A stretch of DNA of 63,998 nt, filler included, from Piptocephalis cylindrospora (GCA_003614145.1; 3 parts of 3 records of this genome joined end to end with filler, not necessarily neighbours in it); one strand, 5' to 3'. Shown: positions 1 to 13,050, counted from the whole stretch's first letter. Numbers and translations are program-made. Notes: generated from the sequence alone by a model not told the origin.

Positions 1-1572
1 GAAAGATCCATAATGCCACGAGAGGATAATTAGTGGCCGGGTAGTGCCGATGAATAAAAAGCAAAATCAGAGTTTCAGCAGGTATAGTCTATCCCATATC
101 TGTAAGGACTGGGAAAGATGAAAGGTAGGAGAGGAATGGTGTCGAAAAGCGTTTAGAAGAGAGAAATTATAATGGAAATGTCGGGGGAAAACTGAAGATA
201 GACGAGTGGAAGCGAGAGCTATTTAGATATTCCGTCATTGGGTTGGCTTATATACGAATACTCACCGTTGTCTCTTTTTATCTGATGGAAGAGTTTGGGC
301 TCCTTGGTGAAATCCAAGTCATAGAGCATCTATGGTCAGCCCGGCCGGAGGGATGGACGGCTTTCAGTAAAGGGAGGGCCCAGAACGACGGTCCTTTTTT
401 TGGGAGGTACTGGGGTAAGAGTTCGGAATCGGCGAGTGGGAAACGGTTGGTCTGTGCAAAAGAAATGAAAAACCCATGGAGAGGTCTTTTTGTGTGATAA
501 GGCTGATTGGCAGTACTGTACCCATATCCCCTCGTCCGGAGATACAGCATGGGCCCGAGGACAGCGGCGCCCTGGCAGGACCAAGTCGTACGCTCTTGTC
601 TGCACACCAATCAGTACTGGGACCATCTCCCTGGGGTATGTAAGATAGATGGCGTGCTACAAGATGGGGGAAAGCACTACTATCCCAAGTATGGAGTATT
701 CTCTGGCTCTGCGGCCTACACTGCTGTGTAGTCTTGGGCCATATTGAGAACTGCCGCCCATTCGGCATATCTATGTCCGGGTGGGGGAACCCAAGACTAG
801 ATAGGGCGTGTGCAGCGTGTCTCACCCTATATATATCGGCGTACTGAAGAACCATGTACTTGGCATGGCCTGTCCCATTTACTAGAATAGCCTTTTTTTT
901 CTTTTTCGATTAAACCCCGTCGCCTCCTCTCCTCAGCGAGAAGCATGTCTCACCCCAAGACCCTAAGAGAAGGGGGCCATGCATCGTGCGCTTTTTTTTG
1001 GAGAGGGAGGACCATTGTGTGTATCATGGCACTTGACACAGGCTGTCGCGCTCGCCCCTCCCCCTCTGCTCGTACCTCGAGAACATGGTAACCATTCATA
1101 GCAAGGGCAAATCCACGATACATAGTGTAGTAGGAGGTAGATCACCATCTCTCACACCCAGTGGCATACATGCCTGTCACCTCAATTCGAGAAGCGCACA
1201 CTCAACGACCATCTCATTCATCGGGAGGATGGGTCTTACTCTAGTCAAACCGCAGATTGTTCGTCGAAAATTTAACAATTATCGTTAGCCTGTCAAGACG
1301 GCGAAGGTAGTTAGTTATTTTACTCAAAATGAAGAGGGTATGAGCGATAATCCTTATTGTACATATATATACATATAACCAAAAACACACATTCTGAAGG
1401 CATGATGGTAGCTGTCTACGTTGACGATCAACATTTAGGCATATAAAAGATGAAGATCCATGCTTTATTCTTACTATTCCATCTTTCCCCATCTTTCATT
1501 CCTTTTACAAGCATTGCATAAACTATCTCATCTCACAAATCTTCCCCTACTTCTACACTTATATATTTCATC

Positions 1573-2712
1573 ATGTTGGTTCATTTGAATACCATTCCTT
1601 GGATGAGCTTGATCGTAGCGTCTCTCCTCCAGGCGCCTGGATCTGCTGTTGAACAAGTCTCTCCCAGGAGGTTAGGAGTATCCTTTAGATATCCACCGCT
1701 CTCGAGAAACTCATCCCCCTCCTTTCTGAGACCACCTAAGCCTCAGAAATTGCACGTACATCCAAAAAGAATATCTATGAATAAGGCTCATCTCATGCCA
1801 GTAAGTCATATCCCTCACTTCTCTATCTCTCGATCCATGGTATCATATAAAAAAGGTCAGCTCATAGTAAACTAACGCCAATTTCGTTAATCCAAGGAGT
1901 CCGGGTTTGAGGAAGTGCGCACTCCCCCTCAACCCACTGGTCATCCACTCCCTATCGACACCCCGCTCATCATCAAACCTCCATACCCCTCAAACACAAC
2001 GGACTCCTCGCCCATTCCTGCAGACTTACCAACAACCGACCCCTTCTCCACCGCTTATACCCATAGCGGGAAAGGAACTTTTTATCAAGTGAAGGCAGAC
2101 GCGTGTGGGACCCACAGTCGCTCAAAGGATCTTGTTGCAGCCATTAGTCGCGTCCAGTTTGGACGAGGAAAAGGAGATCCCGCTAAAAGGCCCTGGTGTC
2201 AGGATCGATGTGCCCATGTGACGGGTCCACTGGGCAACGTGACGGTGCGCATCGTGGATATTTGCGAGGACTGTAAGCATGGTGATTTGGACTTTTCCCA
2301 TGGAGCATATGATCGGCTGGGTAAACGCATAGACGGGATCATCCCCATCTCGTGGAAGCTTGTCCCATGCCCTGCCCCTTCTCCAAGAAGAGCCATGGTG
2401 CATTCGACCAAGCATCACACGACTCTTCAGAGTCAGTCGCCCCATAGACGCTTCGATCAGCATTATTCTCGTTTTGGGTATGGGTATGATCCCTCGATGG
2501 GCTATAGTCATTCCCTCCGCCATCGTCAGCCCTATTATATACGCTTCCATGGAAATCTTGGCAGTGTTCGCCACTATCATCACCATCATCATGGACATCG
2601 CCAAAGCGCTCATTATTATCAACAACCTCGTGGAGGTCATCAAGATCTACGCGAGCCCTATTATCATGACCATCATGGACAAGCCCATGATTCTCGCTAC
2701 CTTCTCCAATAA
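1573..2712 (+). CDS. Secreted expansin-like / RlpA double-psi beta-barrel protein with His-rich C-terminal tail (exons 1573-1800, 1897-2712)
   Basis: Signal-peptide-like N-terminus. Intron 1801-1896 (GTAAGT...ACTAAC...AAG) joins the exons in frame. DPBB motifs GKGTFY..ACG, LVAAIS, VTVRIVDICEDCKHGDLDFSHGAY, GIIPISW. Confidence 0.8.
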
Positions 2713-2751
2713 GGCCGCGTTAGATGAAGGGTCGTATAGATGATTGGTGAA

Positions 2752-2883
2752 CGACGATAAACCCTTTCTAGTTTTTCCAATAGGTCAGTGGGCTTTAGGC
2801 TAAAGAGCATCCAAACGCGTTGCCCCCCTTAAAGGCCAGCATGCGTGGTGGTGCCGGGGATGAGATCCCCGACGTATACACTA
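2752..2883 (-). mobile_element. SINE-like structured repeat, copy H (full length)
   Basis: Minus strand reads TAGTGTATACGTC-GGGGAT-CTC-ATCCCC-GGCACCACCACGCATGCTGG...GCGTTTGGATGCTCTTTAGCC...GGTTTATCGTCG, colinear with the copies at 12410, 25740 and 36034. TGATTGGTG(A/G)A occurs on both flanks (2741-2751, 2898-2908). Confidence 0.75.
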
Positions 2884-3287
2884 TGAAAGAAGAGGAGTGA
2901 TTGGTGGATAGTCGAGACTAGATAATAATAATGATCACTCCACACATCCTAAATGAAGTTCGTATCGTGACACAACTTGTATATGAAATTCCAGGGAATA
3001 TCACATCATCAGATATTCTTTTTAATGCTCAATTCCTAACACATCCACGTCCACGTCCACGTCCACCAAATGAAAGAGAGACAGATAAGTCACTGGGAAA
3101 GGATGGAGCGCTAGTATACTGCTAATACTGACAGAATGCAAAGGAGTGTAAGATACGAGAGATTGCCGTATGAAAGATAGATGCACAGAATACCCCGAAG
3201 GGCCAAGGGATTTGGTTAAAAACGCCATGAACGAATCAACAAATTGGCCAAGAAGCCCTCCTCTCGCCTTATCCCTCCATAGTCAAT

Positions 3288-4895
3288 TTAGCATCTTCTA
3301 GTGGGAGATGGATACTGATGAGGGTTGCCAGGGCCTCTTCTTTCCTCTTGGAAACCTCGTTGATGCACTGTAGGATACTGATGCGATCGGAACGTAAGCT
3401 GAGGGTCCTGAGGATATCTTTCGTTAGATCTCGGCCCATAGCCGCCATTTATGGGGGCAGGATGCGCTCTTCTTCCTCCAGGGTTAACTAGGTGAACAGG
3501 ATAAGCTGGATCATACTCATCTGATGACTGAGGAGGAAGAGGTGTATGGGGAGGAGGAAGGGGGGCGCGAGAAGAGGGAATAAGTCTATCTTGACACTCC
3601 TCAGAGTAGGCCGTCGCGCGGTAGGAGGACTCGCTATATGAAGAAGGACGAGCGGGTGGATATGCCTTACCCCTACGCATCACGATGGATGATCATTTGA
3701 GATGGCGAGATGAGCATGAAGAGTAGCATAGATGAAATAATCAAGCCTCTGCTCTCTCAGTGATTTCCTTACTGATAATTCAGGGCATAGGGATTCCTCG
3801 TAGGCTTTGGCAATGGGGCATGGCCCCTGCCATAAACAGGATTCATAGGCCCATGATCCCCGGGGTGACTTGGATAGGTCGGAGAATGGTCGGGATAGAC
3901 CCCTAAATCCCCATACCTAGCTGTCACAATGGTGATGGGTGGGCCTAATGACACAAGGAAGGCAGTGTAAGCCTATGCATTCCTTTTCAGCAGCTTTTTT
4001 ACTCCTTAAACTTACCTGGTTCCTGGTGACCATAAGGGTCATTGGAGTACCCATTCCGATTTTCATATACACCACGATATTCATTTACCCCGGGATGTTC
4101 CTCATGCCCATTAGGAAGTATCGGAGGTCCACCAAGGGCATCTTGATGATATCTAGGGTGATCACCAAATTGCCCATGTCTCTGGGAAGGGTAATCTAAC
4201 ATTCTTCGGTGGCTGGCATACCCACCTATCCTCTCGACCTCCCATGAGGATTTGCGATCGGGGCTCTGCTCCCGAGCATACGATTCCACCATCCCTCTAG
4301 CTGGGCCTGCTCGATCCTTCCCAAAAGGAAGGTACGGCATATCCCCAGGTCGGTCATAGCCATCCATGGTTGGTTCCATAGATCCTCTCTGGGACCCCGT
4401 GCTCCCAATCCTTCCCTCCTCTTCTCTAGGCTCCCGACCTTTTTCCCCCGCCGAAAGGGCCTTTCCCCATGCGGGCTCCTTCTTTTGGGGCGTAAAATTG
4501 ACCTCATGTCCATGGTTGTTTCCACCATATCGGTTCCGATTATACATAGATGTAGCATGGTTGACCTTTAGGGTGCGTCCAGAGATATGATGGTTGTCCA
4601 TCTTTCTTAATGCTTCATCAGCCTCATCCTGTCGTCGGTAGAGCACGAAACCAAACCCTCTAGAGTGACCTATAAAAGGGGGGTTGGAAGCGCGACGCAC
4701 CAGCCAACCTATTCAGCACTAGCCCAACAGACCCTCCCTCCCTTCCTACTTACCCGAATCCTGATGTCGAACAATGTCCAAGTCTGCAATCGCCCCAAAA
4801 GGTTCGAAGAGACTGGCAAATTCCTCGCGTTCCATTTGCAAGGGAAGGCCGCCTACAAAAATTTTACATTCATTGATACGAGGGTTCAGGGCCAT
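3288..4895 (-). CDS. Single-RRM RNA-binding protein with long low-complexity P/Y/G/H/R C-terminus (4 exons)
   Basis: RNP2 KIFVGGL and RNP1 RGFGFVLY. Introns 4670-4753, 3945-4015 and 3673-3772 are all GT-AG and frame-consistent, joining ORFs 3999..4700, 3769..3954 and 3288..3683. Confidence 0.85.
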
Positions 4896-5949
4896 GACTG
4901 CGGATGTTCAGGTATAGTACGGGATGTATAGGCGGAGGCGAGATAAACTGCCAGGTATATGGAAGACACCGCGGGCTTTAACAAAGAATGGAGATGGCTC
5001 TTCAATACTATCCCTCAGCTTGAATAAAGCTAATAAAGAACAGTACTAGAGAACTCGATTCGGAAGACAAGGGGAGAGGATGGGAGGAAGGGAAAGAACA
5101 GGCCACTATCCTTGACTTAAGGGTCAAGTTGGACAGGCCACCGAGATCCCTTCATCTAACGTGAATGTGCACTACCCCTCAGGGAGAGTGCGCAGATAGG
5201 CGAAGAGCATTCACTTGCACTGTCCCAGACAAATAATTAAACAACACCGCCCTTAGCTAAACACTACGCTCACCATGTGCCCTGACGACTAGACAGAAGG
5301 CCATCCTCCAGCGCAAAGCAGAGTACAAGTGGGGTTGAATGGCGCTTTGGCCTACCGAAGATCGCCATTGAGATATTTAAACAGCTCTGGATGGTCATCG
5401 ACGGGAGTGATAAGCCTCATTATACTCTCCCTTATGAGGCCACCAGGACGATCCGAAAACAACGCCTTTTCATTGATCATTGATGCTCATGTAGTATTAT
5501 ATAGAAATGATAAATGAGTAATATGAAAACCCAACTTACTAGCTAGAAAAAACACCTTATCACCGTCCTTCTTAGTATCATTCTTCAAGGTTTACCCTCC
5601 CAAAGGGCTAGAGGCATCCAGATGACCCGTATCCATTTATTCGCATAGACGGCTCCCGTTCAAGGCAGAGACGATATTTCAAGTTAGTAGCAGCCATCTC
5701 ACCCATTTTAATGGTTTTTCATAAACAGCGCCTTGAGCGGTCATGAAAGTGTTTCATTCACGTGCACGACTTGCAAGGCTCAATAATCCATTCATTGTGG
5801 GCAGCTGCGCTCTATGTATACAATTGGGCTTTAGAGAACCGCAAGAATATATGTAATTTACCCCCACCACTACTTTGACAGCTATTTCAAGGGTAAGTCA
5901 ATGAAGATGATGGATTTTGACCCAGCATGGTCCATCAAACCCAATTCAT

Positions 5950-6060
5950 TCACTTCAAACTGACTACCCATTGCTGAATAGTCACGCTGTCGCATCGAAC
6001 GGCCCTGCCGAGGTTGTCCACGCAGGACCAATACCCGTAGAACATACCACTCATTTGATG
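5950..6060 (-). pseudogene. Relic 3' end of a paralog of the secreted gene at 7106-7912
   Basis: Translates to GMFYGYWSCVDNLGRAVRCDSVTIQQWVVSLK* versus GDMLYGYWSCVDDWGRAARCSSRMEQVWYL in the neighbour. 25 nt are identical (TCCACGCAGGACCAATACCCGTAGA). In-frame TAA at 6103 and no similarity upstream. Confidence 0.65.
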
Positions 6061-7105
6061 AAAAACTTGAGTTAATGAATAACGCATTGTACCTTTAAAT
6101 ACTTAATACAAGATCTGAGAGAATGAAATATTCTGGCAGGATTCAGATGGATGAAGTGAAGACCCTAATGTGATAGTGCAAGAACGGAATGAATGGATAC
6201 TCCGACTGTGGTCAGGCAGCCTCAATACTGAGCAGCACTGGGTAACACTCAGACGACGTTGGAATGGCAAGGTATCTCTGACCCTAGTACCATGAGCCTT
6301 CCTGGCTGAATGCCTAGCGAGTTGCCTTCGAAACTCCGACATACACTGAACTGATGAATAGAAAGGTGGTTTAATACATGCACATGTTGGGATGGAAGGG
6401 CTTTTATTTTTCCATTCAAGGGTTTTAGAACTAAGGCAGTAAATAAAGGCGACTTTGACGTCTTAGACTTTTTGTATAGTCAAGTCTCAGAGGCGTTCTT
6501 TCGAAGGGTTTACATAGGCTAGGATAAGCATCTCCCTCGAGGAGCCATCTTCGCTACTAATTAGAGATGGTTAGTGATACTAAGGCGTAAATGATGAGTA
6601 TCTCCAGATAGAGCGTTTGGTGTGTTGCTACATTGTGTCATGGTCATAAGCCCATAAGTTGCATATAAGCATATGAGATGGGCAAAGAGAAGGGGCTCTC
6701 CTTTTTGAAGAATAATGATACACTCACTTTATTTCCCTCGGAGTAAGTCATGGAGTGTTCGAATATAACACTCACCGTCCATCTGGATAAATTCGGAGCT
6801 ACTACCTACTTGAATGGAAATAGTGCACGATAGGATAATCGTTGATCAGGAGGTAAACTTCATGATCTTCTTTAATGTAAAATCGAGCGAGAAAAGCGCC
6901 TCATTGAATTTTGGGCACAGAATTAAAGCCTAACAACACTCTTCTCATTTTTAGTATGATTACAAGAGCCGGATGCAAAATGAGGGGCAAGACCTGGTTT
7001 ATTTGGAATCGGGGAGACTATGGCCCCAGCTCTCTTCTCATATATGCTCTCAGCATCGTAGAGATACTTACTCGTCCCCTTAAATAGCATGCTTCCCTTA
7101 CATGC

Positions 7106-7912
7106 TTAATCGTCACCTGCAAGATACCAAACCTGCTCCATTCTGCTACTGCATCTAGCGGCTCGACCCCAGTCATCCACGCAGGACCAATACCCGTAGA
7201 GCATATCGCCTACGCTATTGATGTGGGAATATCCTTTTCCAGCGTCAGTCTCAACAAAGACCGTACTAAGCCATTGACGTATAGGATCCGACGCATTTCT
7301 GGTACCCAGGACCCAGTCGTTCCCGGAAGGAAGTCCACCCGGATCGCAGCGACGGGTGAAGAGTTGAGAATAAGGCATCACGAGATCCCCCTCGACGCCT
7401 CTGCTGGCCACGCAGTTCCCAGTTCCAGCACCAGCCTCCATCTGGAAGACATAAAGGGTGTCTTGACCAATCAAAGGGGCATCGACCTTCAAGGCCGAAT
7501 AATGGAAGGCAAACCTGGGAAGCTGATCACTCATTTCCTTTAGTGTAATATTGGCCTGGTCATCAGACAAGGCGAGTGATTTCATTGTATCGGCCGCGTT
7601 GGGATAGAACTCCCTCTTGCCTTGTGCATTGACATCTTTCCACAGCCCAAAAAGTCGATTGTAAGAGAAGTGATCGATTTTGTCCAAGAAGGCGTTCGAG
7701 TTGCAATTTCCCTCGGAATCCCTATCATCAGGGTTTCCCGGGCGACATTCAGCAGCATCAGGCATATCGGCAGTAACCTTGAGGTTTCGGATCACAAAAT
7801 CAGTCTTGGAGACCGCCTTGACGGCTAAGGGAAGGTCAGGTTCCTGGGCATGAATGGCCGATATCATGGCCATGACGGCGAAGGTGGTGAGACTTGCGAT
7901 AATGGCGCGCAT
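7106..7912 (-). CDS. Secreted Cys-containing orphan protein, possible ricin-B/beta-trefoil-like C-terminal half
   Basis: Intronless ORF. Signal peptide MRAIIASLTTFAVMAMISAIHA. Patterns CV(A/D)...RC...QW / QVW resemble QxW lectin repeats (inference). Confidence 0.6.
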   Translation of the reverse strand: MRAIIASLTTFAVMAMISAIHAQEPDLPLAVKAVSKTDFVIRNLKVTADMPDAAECRPGNPDDRDSEGNCNSNAFLDKIDHFSYNRLFGLWKDVNAQGKREFYPNAADTMKSLALSDDQANITLKEMSDQLPRFAFHYSALKVDAPLIGQDTLYVFQMEAGAGTGNCVASRGVEGDLVMPYSQLFTRRCDPGGLPSGNDWVLGTRNASDPIRQWLSTVFVETDAGKGYSHINSVGDMLYGYWSCVDDWGRAARCSSRMEQVWYLAGDD

Positions 7913-9070
7913 AATCGTGGATAAATATGGGAAGAAAGGGGTGGGATAGGGTAGCAAAGCCTGCTTTGCTTGGACAAACGATGTATTGGATCAGGGAGCG
8001 AGGGAGAAGAGGAAGCAATGATAGTGGGAGATGCGAGAGGAAGGGGTTTGGTAAGCGAGCGGATGTGCCCTTGTTAAGTAGCCGTAGTAGATTTTACGGG
8101 AATGGTAACGAACTCTGCCGTGGCAAACCATGAAAGCGTTCCATATCTGATGCGTGTTTCAAGATAAAGGTGCATGGGATTTCTTGAAGCGCCACTTGAC
8201 GCATTTGTAAGCGGAGTGTAGTAGCCAACTAAGGGAAAAGCGGAAGGTTTTAACGACTGAGTATCTTAGATAGCCCAGCACCTGATATTACCTTAGTAAG
8301 CCTGAGCCTTCCCTCTAACATGGTTGGCTGACCGAAACTGAATACCTAGTAATCCATCCTCTTTTGATTATTGGAGTCCCTTAGCCACCATCATAGCCAC
8401 TACAACTTCATCTCGCTAGATGTGGCTAGGTGCAAATCCTTTTATGGGAGTAAACGGAAAATATATATTTGACGGAGGTAACTACTGAATACCCTAGCCA
8501 GGTCAATGGGGCGAAGGGGATCAAGTGGAGAAAGTATGCCAGTTGTAATTGCTTTCAGCCAACTGTAATAAAGTCACTTGGGAAAGAAAGGAGATTATAG
8601 CATCGCTTCAGACACACTCTCCTTCCTCTACTGAAATGATACATTGATGATGATATAGCCGTTATATTTTTCCCTTAGTAGGATAGACCAAATGAGCATC
8701 CGATGAAATTATACATTGCTAGAAAGAGTATCCATTCAGCGGCATAAGGGCTGTTTCAAGAGACACATCCGATAACTCTGAGTATCCCCTCTCCTTAAAA
8801 GTCATTGGTAAGACTGATTGGAAGTGGTACAAACTGACCTCCTATATGCCTGTCTAGGTCAGTAGAAGGTCCATACACTTTTCTGCAGTACTAAAAATGA
8901 GATAGCCCATTAAAAAGCCTTACCTGGAATAATTAAAAATCTACGATATCAATTATAAAGCTCCGTTCATCCCATACAGCTCATGTTAACTCTGGATATA
9001 CTTTTATGGAGCGCTGTGCATGATCATACATGCAACTACAACCACTACCGTGTCTTCCGTCCACGGATAC

Positions 9071-11386
9071 TCAGAGTACGCGAATGGAAAGGGTTGAGAA
9101 TTGATCTGTCATCTCATCTCGCCCTCTCATCGGATGAGCACATCTCCAGTGAACGGTCTGGACCGATGGATGGTATTCCCACTCTCCGCTGGAAATAAAA
9201 ATATCCATCTTCTGGTCATGGTAGTGAAAGTCAGGAAGGAAAATTTCAGTTAAGCACGCCTCAGCCCTGCATGCCTCCCCGGGAGACTGGGAACACCGAG
9301 TGGGGGTAATTTTCAGGTCAAAGTGACGATCCCTCGGGTCAAACTGAAAGCTCTCGAGCTTCCCTGCAATTTTGACTGGGTAGGGGCGGAGCGTAGAGCG
9401 TAAAACCCTTCCTCCCTTGTACAATCTACACGGAGGGCTGACCCTATCTTCAGTCCCGTCCTCCTTGCAGACCATCCCTGAGTCATCTGATCCAGAGGCA
9501 GTCGCTTCTTGCTCCAGGCTCTCTCCCTCCTTCCCTATCTCCTTCTCTAAGGCAGAGGGTGGAGTGTAGATGGAAAAATTTTCCCCATTCCAATGGTCCC
9601 CGTAGGTGTCATCATTTAGAGGGCTATAATTCCATAATCTGTCTCATCAGGTATAAGGGGGGTTTAGCAAGAGTAAGTCCTTAGTAACCTGCCCAGATCG
9701 ACAAGGTCAGTACGCACGTATAAGAAAGAAGGTTGGCCTCCATGCCACTAAGCATAGCATTCATGAAAGACTCATGCTTGGACCAATCCCCGTACTTTTG
9801 ACCGCAGCGATCATTCAGGTCCATCGGAATGCCACACTCGCCAATGATAAAGGGCGAGCCAGAGCCTAGTCGATCGATCCCCTCTTTCTTCATTCTCCCG
9901 AGCTGTCCGGTGAAATTTCGGATGGCACCATTCTCCCCAAAATACAAGGCCTTTAGGATGTTCAACGGGCTTTCCGAGAGGAGTGGGACGTCGGCAGTCA
10001 TGAATCCAAAATCCTTGTTGAATAAAGCCTTGAGATCATACCAATGAGGTCCGTAAACCAACTTTCCTTCTAATGGCGTCGTGTCCCACTTGGGTGGAGC
10101 CTATGTCACGGGAGTAGCATGAGTACTATGGTTTAGTGCAACAAGATTCCATAGCTCTACAATCCTACCCTATGCTGCATTGAACTTACATCATTAGGCA
10201 CAGGGCAAAGGACAATTAGAGCATCTGACCAAGCTTGATGGATGACCTCCTGGTATCGACGGACAAAGGGAAGGTAAAAGTCTTGGTTAAAGTCAATGTG
10301 CTTGCCCGTTCGAGGATTTTGAGTAAAGTAGTTGGGTCTCAACACCTGGACATCACCATCTCCTACTATGTCCCAGACTCCGTGAGCTCTCCAGGGGCAA
10401 GGCGTGCCCTGCTTCCATGCGCGATCTCCCTCTTGGTTGATCCATCGACAATGAGAGAGACGCGTAGGGAAAGGCCAAGACCGTTCCCAGACGCCAACTT
10501 CCTGAGGAATTCCATCGCCTAGAGCCATGGACTGCAGGGCAGAGGGGGAGTCCCCAAAGACAAGGTCCTTGCCGTGGTTCCACTCATGAAAGCTCTTGAG
10601 ACCAATATATCCAGGATGAGGCTCATTCATTACCTCCATCCCCAGTAAGGCCGAATGATGCCGGAGCTTTCGGGTGAGGTGGGCAAAGGCCTGGCAGTAA
10701 TGCCGCTGTAGATATTCCTGAACACTTATCCCGGCATATGTGCACGACGGAGCAAAAGTTTCCCCTCCCCAAAAGAGCGTAAACATAGAGCTAGTGGCTA
10801 GCTTGGTATAGTTGGTTGGCCAATACATGGGCAGCGGTTCATCCGTTTCCTCATCCTTCCCCTTCTCCACCTCATGCGTGTTGTGGACAAAGGATGCCCC
10901 GGTTGTCCGAAAATTCCTCATCTCCATCCCGGCCACCTCAAATGTCCATCCGGGCGCCCCAGAGCCCCCACTAAATCGACTCCACGTATCCTGGTGCGGA
11001 TCAACGATGCACTTAATTCCATACTCGGCCATCATTTCCAAAAGCGCAGAGAGGTACGTGATGTAATCCTCATCATACTGGCCTGGTCCGGCATGCTCTA
11101 GGGCCTCCCAGGTCACGAGGAGTCGCAGTAGAGTCATTCCCCACTCCTTGAGCCTTCGAAAGTGCTCGGGGGCATCCTTGAGTGGAAAAGGACGACCCAC
11201 AAAGGACACTTCCCTATGCTCCCAGAACCCCTCTTCCAGGTGGGAGGACCCACTGGGGCTGGTGGGGAGTTTAGAGGAGCCTGTGCAGTTGACGCCTCGA
11301 GGATGGATCGTACGACCGTGCTCATCCCGGAATTGGCCGTCCTGGATGGTGATGCGACCTTGTAAATGCTGAGCTGGCAGAGTCAT
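9071..11386 (-). CDS. Glycoside hydrolase family 5 subfamily 12 (endoglycoceramidase-related; glucosylceramidase / steryl-beta-glucosidase EGCrP type)
   Basis: Motifs RGVN, FVGRPFPL, VTWEALEHAGPG, DPHQDTWSRFSGGSGAP, acid/base NEP (MNEPH), nucleophile IIGECGIP, LWNY, LRPYP. Introns 10101-10189 and 9639-9717. Confidence 0.9.
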
Positions 11387-12409
11387 GATAATGGGGTAGA
11401 GAAGATAAAGGAGAGAAGTGGTGGGACTGTGGACGAAAGGAGGATACTCGGAGAAACGAGCGCGAATCTGAGTTTATTTATAGCTTTAGTATGCGTCACA
11501 CCACCTAGTACTGGCGGCTTGCTCTAATACTGAGTGGGCCCAGAGAAGCGCATCCCAAAAGCGGGCTTCGTGTCGACATATGGTCAGACGATTTACTTCC
11601 TTGGGACCCTTTCCTAATTGGAATAGATAGGATGTGGACAAATGGGGTTTAAAAAACAAGCATTCTACCATCATCCATCTACACCTTGCCATCCCCTTGA
11701 AAGAACCGTAATCTCGTTGCCATAGCAGAATGACATGTGTATATGTAGATAATCACAGGATGGAATTGTGACATTAACAACGGTGGATTTGAGATTAATC
11801 TAATATCCGACAAAAAATTCTGGAGGCTCTCTCAATGCATATATCAACTTACATTCTCTATGTGTTTCATGTCGGATGAGCTCATACCACTTAAGCGATG
11901 TGGCGAGGCGAACAACGCGATGGGTTCATGACAATGATTCCTCATGATAGGGAAAAAGGCGCTGATTTAAACAACCTTACGCATAGGATTACCTAAATGG
12001 AAAGGATGAAAATCCTATTATATTTTACAGGGTGACGCAGGCTAAAAGGATTCAAACACCAATTTAGAGTCCTGCTTTACTAGAATACTTACATTTAAAA
12101 AGAAGTCCATCCAAAGTGGGTGGATAGTTAGAATGAATCAACTTCAAATGAATAATCACCACCAATCACCGGTAAACCTAGCATGCTCAGTTCTCAAGGT
12201 ATAAGAGTACTCTCAAGTAATCAACCTCTCAGCTATGGTGAATGTCGATTTTTTTTCCCACCACTATTGTTATTACGAGAAAAACGATAGTGAGGGAAAG
12301 GGCTTCGTGTATTTAAAATTGGAGAAACTGTAGCTTAAACCTTGTCCTCAAATATACGTACATTAAATAACACTATAGGTGTCTGTAGTGCCTAGAAGAG
12401 AATTATCAA

Positions 12410-12524
12410 TAGGGTACACGTCGAGGACAATGTCCTTGGTACCACGCTTGTCGGTCTAGGCGGGTAATGCGTTCGGATACTCTGTAGCCTGCCCCATGAA
12501 GGAAAATAAACCGATTTTATGATC
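12410..12524 (+). mobile_element. SINE-like structured repeat, copy A (full length)
   Basis: TAGGGTACACGTC-GAGGAC-AAT-GTCCTT-GGTACCACGC...GCGTTCGGATACTCTGTAGCCTGCCCCATGAAGGAAAATAAACCGATTTTATGATC; about 85% identical to the copy at 59648 by manual count. Confidence 0.85.
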
Positions 12525-12756
12525 AGCATTATCCCTACCATTGACATAATTGTTCCTAAGGTCTTTTTACCGCGCAGACTGACTTAAGGACGGGTATTAT
12601 GTTCGGAGGCTCATCAACCTACCCCACTTGGGGAAATATCATGGGCTTACTACCATTACTAGCTGCTTCTTTATCTGCAAAATACACATATATATATATA
12701 TTAAGGGATATTGAGCCTTTTAATCGAAAAAGAGGCGCAAAAGATAAAGGTGAACT

Positions 12757-12817
12757 GTTTAGACGAGTATTGTATTCGGATACCTATCAGACTACCCCAC
12801 TGAGGGTGAATACAATG
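12757..12817 (+). mobile_element. SINE-like structured repeat, copy G (5'-truncated, decayed)
   Basis: GTTTAGACGAGTATTGTATTCGGATACCTATCAGACTACCCCACTGAGGG matches the 3' half of copies B and D. Confidence 0.6.
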
Positions 12818-13050
12818 AGTCGTGGGTTCAAGGACCCCTGTTCATCAGAGATCTGAGTGGAGTCAGAGGACTATATCATTCAGTTTGACAGGGATTTACA
12901 GTAGTCTGTGGAACAGCGCAACAGCTAAGGACGTTGATCATTCTGAATCCCTCGCTCTATCAACCGCGACAGAAAACCATGCACACAGTGCTTATCCTTT
13001 CCTTCTCCTCTCTGCCGATTCAACTTCCTCAAACTACCACGAAACGCCCA

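Noticed and set aside
243..1492. Several short overlapping ORFs at the window start
   Set aside because: No recognisable domain or consistent exon chain.
5111..5214. Local stem-loops (CTTGAC/GTCAAG; GTGAATG/CATTCAC enclosing TGCACT/AGTGCG)
   Set aside because: Single occurrence with no covariation evidence, and it lacks the GTTCGGAT core of the repeat family.
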